IMG/VR virus record: IMGVR_UViG_2645727901_000013
Strand: one strand, 5' to 3'
DNA length: 12,231 nucleotides
Source of the DNA: a virus
Lineage: Duplodnaviria; Heunggongvirae; Uroviricota; Caudoviricetes
Shown here: in pieces, positions 7,421 through 12,231 of the stretch
Layout: the number at the start of each line of letters is the position of its first letter
Numbering within the stretch: position 1 is the first letter of the stretch
Notes under the pieces: model-generated
What the model saw: only the letters and a program-made list of their open reading frames with translations
What the model was told of the DNA's origin: nothing
Databases searched by the model: none
Made by a program: the position numbers and the translations under genes

Positions 7421-8265
7421 GGGCGAACCTCCTTGTCAGAACCATTCAGCCTGGAATCAACAAGTGCAGCGCCAAAAACAGCATCACCAACACGGTCGTA
7501 CAGTTTGCTAGCCAGCGGAGATTCAACGGCCTTAAGCATTGGATAAAGCTGGCTTGTCCAGATTTGATGGATTTCACGCAAATGCAGGTATACGCCTCTG
7601 GCGTTTCGTGCGACAGCTGACATATCAACCGCGTCAGCACCAGATAAATTCTTCTCCATCTGGTTAAAGGCGTTGATGTATGCCTCTTTGAACCGGGCTG
7701 CACGTTTGCCAGTAAAGCCCATAGCAAGGAACGCGAAGCCATCGCGGGTGATTTGATAGCAAGGTAGTTTGCGGCCTGTGCAATCGGTGTAATCACTGGG
7801 CTGAAAATTCAGCTCAGTGAATTCAACAGAGCACTCAAGCGTCTGGATTTTTTGAATAACGTTTTTGTGCTGCTTGCAGAAATATTCGGCAACGGCCAAA
7901 GAAGAGGTAACAGCCTTCCCATGGATAACATCAATTTTAGAGTGAGTTTGGGTAGGGGTGGTTGCCATAGTGACATCCTCATGTGCGAATTTTGAAAACT
8001 CACCACATGGGACGCCAATCACAGAGGTGGTGAGACGTACAGGGTTGGCGTAACCGGTCGCACATGACCCCGGCGCATCTTTCGATGCCCCTGCACGCCC
8101 CACCATAATTTGGATGTGAGGAAACGTGCGCAAAAAAACCGCTGAAGCGCGGTTATGCGCATGTGCGAATTTCAGGACGCCAATCCCGGCACCCGCTTTA
8201 TAAGGTGCGGAGACAGTGTAACGTCCCGAAATTGCAGAATCAATATTTGGTCTTGAAATGATCAT
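7417..8265 (-). CDS. Phage regulatory protein, Rha family (N-terminal start uncertain: 8265 or internal ATG at 7963)
   Basis: Central region GKAVTSSLAVAEYFCKQHKNVIQKIQTL…YQITRDGFAFLAMGFTGKRAARFKEAYINAFNQME matches the Rha-domain pattern as I recall it. The ATG at 7963-7961 (MATTPTQ…) has a good GAGGAT Shine-Dalgarno 7 nt upstream, whereas ATG 8265 has none. However, the frame is open from 8265 and contains an in-frame internal repeat, so the long form cannot be excluded. Confidence 0.7.
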   Translation of the reverse strand: MIISRPNIDSAISGRYTVSAPYKAGAGIGVLKFAHAHNRASAVFLRTFPHIQIMVGRAGASKDAPGSCATGYANPVRLTTSVIGVPCGEFSKFAHEDVTMATTPTQTHSKIDVIHGKAVTSSLAVAEYFCKQHKNVIQKIQTLECSVEFTELNFQPSDYTDCTGRKLPCYQITRDGFAFLAMGFTGKRAARFKEAYINAFNQMEKNLSGADAVDMSAVARNARGVYLHLREIHQIWTSQLYPMLKAVESPLASKLYDRVGDAVFGAALVDSRLNGSDKEVRP

Positions 8266-8348
8266 ATAGCTGCTGATATCTTTAGAACTGTTCTTGGATG
8301 TTTCGGAGCCGTTTTATGCGAAACAGCTCCCCGTTATTGATGTTGAGT

Positions 8349-8374
8349 GAGCCGGGTTACTCCCGGCTTTTTTT
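8349..8374 (+). terminator. Intrinsic terminator oriented for the plus strand (antisense to the early operon); oop-like
   Basis: Seen in sequence: stem GCCGGG (8351-8356), loop TTACT, CCCGGC (8362-8367), then 7 T (8368-8374) on the plus strand. On the minus strand the hairpin is not followed by a U-tract. Lies between the two minus-strand Rha-like genes, the position of the lambda oop terminator. Confidence 0.6.
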
Positions 8375-9081
8375 CATCGCTGCCAACCAATAACCTGAAA
8401 TAACCCCATTTTCGGGTGATACCAGCGAGTCCCTCGCGGTTCTGCTTCCTCCATAACCCGATAAAAAGCAGCCATAAACGGTTCCACAGCAACAATTGCG
8501 CGACGTGACAACAATCCGTCCGGCGTCATGAACTCATGTGTGTCTGTAGGAATTTGATAGGCGTTCACCAGATTGCGGCATTTATCATCTGACAAACCGG
8601 TTTTTGCTTTCAGTTGGCGATATCCGGCATAGCCCTCACGAATAGTGCCCTTTTTAATTTGCTCGACTGTTTCAGCAACGTGGCTGACTTTTTCTTCCAC
8701 CTGAGTGATCCGTTTCTGTTGGCGAACGGCTTCAAGAGCCATCGCGGCAACCATTTCGATTTCGCTCATTGGCTTACGGATCTGTTCTTCCAGTTCGCGC
8801 CAGCGATCTACCAGGCGAGCTGTGAATTCAGGACAGAGCTGTGCGACGACAATGATGCTGTCGCGCTTACCTCGTTCACCTTCGAATACATACGCGCTAG
8901 AAAATCGGCGAGGCCCAAGTGATTGTTTATTCTCAATTTCCACAGTCTGTGGAAATTGGATGATTCCCTTTTTAGCCAGTGTTTCAATAGTTCTCTTAAC
9001 ACTATCTGGTCGGCTTCCCACCAGCTCTGCGATCTCAACGCTGGTCATGGATGCTTTGCCGTTAAAAATTGCGGTGTTCAT
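8374..9081 (-). CDS. Phage regulatory protein, divergent Rha-like (cII-position gene)
   Basis: 235-aa ORF whose start overlaps the cro-like stop (9078-9081). N-terminal TSVEIAELVGSRPDSVKRTIETL…YVFEGERGKRDSIIVVAQL follows the same residue pattern as the Rha domain in the next gene (SSLAVAEYF..HKNVIQKIQTL…ITRDGFAFLAMG). Assignment by pattern comparison only. Confidence 0.55.
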   Translation of the reverse strand: MNTAIFNGKASMTSVEIAELVGSRPDSVKRTIETLAKKGIIQFPQTVEIENKQSLGPRRFSSAYVFEGERGKRDSIIVVAQLCPEFTARLVDRWRELEEQIRKPMSEIEMVAAMALEAVRQQKRITQVEEKVSHVAETVEQIKKGTIREGYAGYRQLKAKTGLSDDKCRNLVNAYQIPTDTHEFMTPDGLLSRRAIVAVEPFMAAFYRVMEEAEPRGTRWYHPKMGLFQVIGWQR

Positions 9082-9368
9082 TGTTTATCTCCTGCGTGTA
9101 TTCCATCCGCTCTGTGTGGTGAACTTGGATTTAGGCTTTTGCGTAACAAGTTAGGAATTCCATCTTCAGGGTGAGGATAAAGATCTGGCCTTAAGCCATG
9201 AGGCGTAACCTTCCATGCAACTACTTCACATACTCGTAAAACGAAACGAGCAGGAATTGTGCTTTTTGAAAACCACTGATTCACCGCTTGCGGCGTCACA
9301 CCAAGATTTCGCGCTATGGCATTTTGCGCAATTAATGCACGAAGTTTGTCGTAATCATTTCCTTCCAT
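9078..9368 (-). CDS. Cro-like HTH regulator (Cro/YdaS-type), first gene of the early rightward operon
   Basis: Divergent from the CI-like gene across a 133-bp AT-rich region. Contains ARNLGVTPQAVNQWFS, a Cro/CI-type HTH signature comparable to lambda Cro LGVYQSAINKAI. No strong SD at the 9368 start, so the exact start is uncertain. Confidence 0.7.
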   Translation of the reverse strand: MEGNDYDKLRALIAQNAIARNLGVTPQAVNQWFSKSTIPARFVLRVCEVVAWKVTPHGLRPDLYPHPEDGIPNLLRKSLNPSSPHRADGIHAGDKQ

Positions 9369-9501
9369 AACAAAGCACCAATATTAACTTTATAAATCAA
9401 GAATACATCAAGTTTAAATTAACATGCAAGTTACAAAAGGATCGAATACACTAAAATCAAGTAAAGATTTATCCTTGTAAAGAAACCCACAGGATTTGGT
9501 C
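9369..9501. promoter_or_regulatory. Immunity switch region (OR-like) between divergent cro-like and cI-like genes, with repeated ATCAAG-containing motifs
   Basis: Seen in sequence: AAATCAAG at 9394-9401 and 9454-9461, ATCAAGTTTAAATT at 9407-9420, ATCAAGTAAAGATT at 9456-9469, GAATAC at 9401-9406 and 9443-9448. Individual promoters and operator boundaries could not be resolved by eye. Confidence 0.5.
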
Positions 9502-10191
9502 ATGAAGAACGTCAAAAACACGGAAAATCGAATAGCCGCGATGCTGAAAGCAAAAGGATGGACTCAGGCTCAACTGGCCCGCAAGTTAGGTGTGAGTGCG
9601 CAATCAGTGCAGTACTGGACAACAGGAAAAACATTTCCACGGAGTGATAAGCTCGCGCATTTATCAGAGATTAGCGGTTATCCACAATCCTGGTTCTTAG
9701 GTGAAGACTCCTCACCAACCTTTTCCTCGCAAGAGAAACACCAGACAAGAACAGATAGCGTCGTATTTAATGTCCTTGATGTTGAGTTTAGTTGCGGTGA
9801 TGGAACTCATGTCCGTGGTGACTTGATAGATGTAGTGCGCTCAATAGAACTTGATCCTGAATATGCCCGACGTCTTGTTGGAAATCGGGCATTCAAAAAT
9901 ATAGAAATAGGTAACGCCAGAGGAGACAGTATGGCTCCCACAATCTCACCTGGCGACCTTCTTTTTCTTGATAAGACAGTAACTTATTTTGATGGCGATG
10001 GTATTTATGCATTTTGTTTTGATGGAGAATGCTACGTGAAAAGGCTTCAAAAAATTGGAAGCAAAATCATGGTGTTATCTGATAACCCCAATTATCAACC
10101 ATGGAGCATCGAAAAAGAGGGGTTAGCTCTGCTTTATATCCAGTCTAAAGTGATCTCATCAGTACCATTCAACATAAACAGATTTGGTTAG
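9502..10191 (+). CDS. CI-like prophage repressor: N-terminal XRE-type HTH plus C-terminal S24 (LexA-like) autopeptidase domain
   Basis: HTH: KGWTQAQLARKLGVSAQSVQYWTTGKTFP. S24 catalytic Ser in GDSMAPT and Lys in YVKRL; candidate Cys-Gly cleavage site in EFSCGDG (as in UmuD). ATG at 9502 has AGGAT 6 nt upstream; the track start at 9496 is a TTG. Followed by a strong terminator. Confidence 0.9.
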   Translation: MKNVKNTENRIAAMLKAKGWTQAQLARKLGVSAQSVQYWTTGKTFPRSDKLAHLSEISGYPQSWFLGEDSSPTFSSQEKHQTRTDSVVFNVLDVEFSCGDGTHVRGDLIDVVRSIELDPEYARRLVGNRAFKNIEIGNARGDSMAPTISPGDLLFLDKTVTYFDGDGIYAFCFDGECYVKRLQKIGSKIMVLSDNPNYQPWSIEKEGLALLYIQSKVISSVPFNINRFG

Positions 10192-10202
10192 TCTTTGATT
10201 TT

Positions 10203-10225
10203 AACGGGCTTTGCCCGTTTTTTTT
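10203..10225 (+). terminator. Rho-independent terminator downstream of cI-like gene
   Basis: Seen in sequence: AACGGGC (10203-10209), loop TTT, GCCCGTT (10213-10219), T-run of 8 (10218-10225), 12 nt after the cI stop. Confidence 0.8.
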
Positions 10226-10255
10226 CTGCCTGAAATATACGATATCAATTTTTTC

Positions 10256-10284
10256 TTGACAGCCTGTTTCCCAAAACATAATAT
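10256..10284 (+). promoter_or_regulatory. Near-consensus sigma70 promoter driving the accessory cassette downstream of cI
   Basis: Seen in sequence: TTGACA (10256-10261), 17-bp spacer, TAATAT (10279-10284). An ATCAAGTTATAATT-like motif (reverse orientation, 10294-10307) just downstream resembles the OR motif at 9407-9420, so repressor control is possible (inference). Confidence 0.55.
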
Positions 10285-10337
10285 CGCACCATCAATTATA
10301 ACTTGATTTGATTCAATTTAAAATTGTTGGCGGATAT

Positions 10338-10886
10338 ATGAAGACACTAAAAGCAACTCCAGAAACAACTAATTTTATCAACTGCGGCTGTGTTACGCTT
10401 AAGGGCTTAGAACTTGATTCCTTTGCATTAAATATTGCAAATTTGCTAAGTGCTGTACGCACATTCCATCTTCTGGATTGTGCTCGCTCAAAGGAACTGG
10501 GCATTGAGGTAATGGAATTTATCCATGAATATGCTCTATCTGCTGCTTCTCCTGCACAACAAAAACAATCCTTCCCTGAAAGCTGGCTGGTTAACCTTCG
10601 CACCCAACGCGAAGCCTGCGGCTTAACAACCGCCGAACTCGCCAGGCTGCTCGATCTCGATGAAGAAATTATCATCCAGTGGGAGAGCGGAGAGTATGAA
10701 CCAACTATCAGTATGCTTATCCCACTGGCAAATATTCTTGGCTGCGATCCGATGTGCCTGTTAACTGGTGAGGTTACTCCTCCGGAGCAACCAAAAAGTG
10801 AGGAGCAGCAACACCATGACGCATCTCAACAAGTTTGCCCCTTATCTCGCGAAGCTCTTCTGCGGAAGAACCAATACCAATGGTGA
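10338..10886 (+). CDS. Two-domain protein: unknown N-terminal domain plus C-terminal XRE-family HTH
   Basis: C-terminal LRTQREACGLTTAELARLLDLDEEIIIQWESGEYEPTISMLIPLANILGCDPMCLLTGE is a textbook Cro/CI-type HTH_3 segment. I prefer ATG 10338 over the track's TTG at 10308. The last ~35 codons overlap two other ORFs, so the 3' end is uncertain. N-terminal ~95 aa unassigned. Confidence 0.6.
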   Translation: MKTLKATPETTNFINCGCVTLKGLELDSFALNIANLLSAVRTFHLLDCARSKELGIEVMEFIHEYALSAASPAQQKQSFPESWLVNLRTQREACGLTTAELARLLDLDEEIIIQWESGEYEPTISMLIPLANILGCDPMCLLTGEVTPPEQPKSEEQQHHDASQQVCPLSREALLRKNQYQW

Positions 10887-11014
10887 CATAATCGCCGCTT
10901 CGCCCTTCAAGGTACATGCGAACATTTTTATCAATCATTGCGGAAACAGTCTCAATATGAAAACACTTCTGAGACTCGCTATATAGCAGAACATATAAGT
11001 CAGCTGAGGAAGCC

Positions 11015-11380
11015 ATGAAAAAGTTCGAAAACATAACTGTTCTCCATGTTGATGACTTTGATTATACAAACCCGGAACTTCTCCCGGAGGTTGTAAAGGC
11101 AATGGATGTTGCCGATATAGTGATTAGAGAAAAGAGAATTGTCAAAAACAGGCTCGCATGCACTTCAGGAGCAATGACAGAAACAACCTCACAGCAAGAT
11201 AATTACGAAGGCATTTGTCTGGAGCCTGATTCATTTGCGGTAAATGTTTATCATTTATTGCATGCAACACAGGTATTACATATGTCCAGTAATCACGAAA
11301 CGAAAACACTCGGCAGCGAAATTCTGAGTTTTGCATGTGAGTATACAAAAGCTGCTGCCGAAAAAGAATTAGCGCAATAA
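11015..11380 (+). CDS. Hypothetical acidic protein (121 aa)
   Basis: ATG at 11015 preceded by GAGGAAG with about 4-nt spacing; frame open for 121 codons in an AT-rich region. No recognisable motif. Confidence 0.55.
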   Translation: MKKFENITVLHVDDFDYTNPELLPEVVKAMDVADIVIREKRIVKNRLACTSGAMTETTSQQDNYEGICLEPDSFAVNVYHLLHATQVLHMSSNHETKTLGSEILSFACEYTKAAAEKELAQ

Positions 11381-11458
11381 CAACAAATATGCCCTGAACG
11401 TTTATTGCGGTTTTATCGCCGGGGATTGTTACAACCTTAATCCACAGGAGGCTTTATT

Positions 11459-11572
11459 GTGACTTTTATAAAGAATATGGCATCACACAAGACCGCCTGC
11501 CTTATTGCACAATACGGTGAAAATTACATGCATATTGCCTGCTTATTTCTGCGTAAAGCATACGGGAGATAA
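11459..11572 (+). CDS. Candidate small ORF (37 aa, GTG start), not in the supplied track
   Basis: Seen in sequence: consensus AGGAGG (11446-11451), 7-nt spacer, GTG at 11459; translation (V/M)TFIKNMASHKTACLIAQYGENYMHIACLFLRKAYGR; TAA at 11570-11572, 2 nt before the next gene's ATG at 11575. Could be a small protein or leader peptide. Confidence 0.3.
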   Translation: MTFIKNMASHKTACLIAQYGENYMHIACLFLRKAYGR

Positions 11573-11574
11573 TA

Positions 11575-11763
11575 ATGCATCAGAAAACAGCAGAACACGA
11601 ACAAACCAGAATATTGCTGACCATCAAAAACGGGAAAGTAATATTCATTCTCCATGTTCATGACGATGAACTTGTAGGAACTCTTTCAACATTCCTGTTT
11701 ATTGCAGAAAAGGCAGGATATGACGTTATTGCACCAGCAGATGAAGATGAAGATGAGGAATAA
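11575..11763 (+). CDS. Hypothetical small protein (62 aa) with polyacidic C-terminal tail (ADEDEDEE)
   Basis: ATG at 11575 with GGGAGA 5 nt upstream; stop 5 nt before the next gene's ATG. No recognisable family. Confidence 0.5.
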   Translation: MHQKTAEHEQTRILLTIKNGKVIFILHVHDDELVGTLSTFLFIAEKAGYDVIAPADEDEDEE

Positions 11764-11768
11764 ATATC

Positions 11769-12143
11769 ATGCAATACGATGAATTCCAGGCTGAAGCAAC
11801 AGCCAATGGTATACGAACTGGCAGTATGACGATTGATTATCACGACGCCATACGTCGTCTGGATGCCGGAGAATTCGATACTCCTAATGTGCGAGGTTTA
11901 CGTATCCTTCAGTGTCTGGCGCAAGCCGACGAAGCAGGATTACTGGGTAAACTTCCGGTTGAGATGAAGGTTGCTCAGTGGCGATGGTTGTATGTGACGA
12001 CATTCATCAACGAAGAAGAAGACAAGAACGGCACAATTGATATCCTGAATGAACACGGAACAACTGAACACGCCGTGGTATATAACGGGATGTATGGGTT
12101 TATGACGATATATCCCGGCCCCATTCGATTTGCCTTACGGTGA
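11769..12143 (+). CDS. Hypothetical protein (124 codons as read); 3' end interrupted by the IS1 insertion, so likely truncated
   Basis: ATG at 11769 with GAGGAA upstream. The final codon CGG (12138-12140) and the TGA stop (12141-12143) are built from the first bases of the IS1 terminus (GGTGATG…), so the native C-terminus is unknown. Confidence 0.5.
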   Translation: MQYDEFQAEATANGIRTGSMTIDYHDAIRRLDAGEFDTPNVRGLRILQCLAQADEAGLLGKLPVEMKVAQWRWLYVTTFINEEEDKNGTIDILNEHGTTEHAVVYNGMYGFMTIYPGPIRFALR

Positions 12144-12231
12144 TGCTGCCAACTTACTGATTTAGTGTATGATGGTGTTTTTGAGGTGCTCCAGTGGCTT
12201 CTGTTTCTATCAGCTGTCCCTCCTGTTCAGC
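12139..12231 (+). mobile_element. IS1 insertion sequence, left (insA-proximal) terminus; element continues beyond the window
   Basis: 12139-12231 reads GGTGATGCTGCCAACTTACTGATTTAGTGTATGATGGTGTTTTTGAGGTGCTCCAGTGGCTTCTGTTTCTATCAGCTGTCCCTCCTGTTCAGC, which matches the IS1 left end (terminal inverted repeat GGTGATGCTGCCAACTTACTGAT and start of insA) as I recall it. Recognition from memory; no alignment run. Confidence 0.85.
12194..12231 (+). CDS. insA: IS1 InsA, N-terminal fragment (continues beyond the window)
   Basis: GTG at 12194 followed by GCT TCT GTT TCT ATC AGC TGT CCC TCC TGT TCA = (M)ASVSISCPSCS, the known InsA N-terminus with its CxxC zinc-finger start. Confidence 0.8.
   Translation, partial: MASVSISCPSCS

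Noticed and set aside
10308-10337. TTG start at 10308 for the HTH protein (MIQFKIVGGY…) as in the track.
   Set aside because: An ATG at 10338 with an upstream purine-rich stretch is more conventional and the predicted transcript start (about 10291) leaves little room for an RBS before 10308; ATG 10338 reported instead.
11391-11405. GCCCTGAA resembling the 5' arm of lambda nut boxB (GCCCTGAAAAAGGGC).
   Set aside because: No complementary AGGGC arm follows and no boxA-like CGCTCTTA is nearby; a lone 8-mer match is likely chance.
11381-11458. Possible terminator or promoter in the 78-bp gap after the 121-aa gene (GCGGTTTTATCGCCGG).
   Set aside because: Only a 3-4 bp stem with no U-tract, and no convincing -35/-10 pair; not reported as a feature.
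12139-12231. The window end first looked like the p15A/pACYC184 plasmid backbone next to the cat gene, suggesting a phage-plasmid or cloning-vector junction.
   Set aside because: That stretch of pACYC184 is itself the IS1 terminus retained from Tn9. Here the sequence starts exactly at the IS1 terminal inverted repeat and continues into the insA start, so it is an IS1 insertion, not plasmid origin DNA.
1-12231. Scan for tRNA, rRNA and CRISPR arrays.
   Set aside because: No cloverleaf-compatible segments with conserved tRNA elements and no spaced identical direct repeats of CRISPR type were seen by eye; none reported.

Overview
This window reads as the early/immunity/replication half of a lambdoid (lambda-like) enterobacterial prophage, with the phage rightward operon on the minus strand. 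A CI-like autocleavable repressor (+, 9502-10191) sits divergent to a Cro-like gene, which heads a long translationally coupled minus-strand operon: two Rha-family regulators, three small ORFs, a replisome-organizer (O-like) protein, a DnaC-like loader, a DnaB-like helicase, a DUF968/HNH-like protein, RusA and a Q-like antiterminator. Left of Q are two intrinsic terminators, a small ORF and a 5' partial N6-adenine DNA methyltransferase running off the window. Right of cI is an AT-richer accessory cassette (by eye, not computed) with its own near-consensus promoter and four to six small genes I cannot assign to any family; it is the best candidate for an undescribed lysogen-expressed system. 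The cassette ends at an IS1 insertion (left terminus plus insA start, 12139-12231) whose first bases supply the stop codon of the last ORF. No tRNA, rRNA or CRISPR array was seen. All homology calls are from motif recognition by eye; no database search was run.
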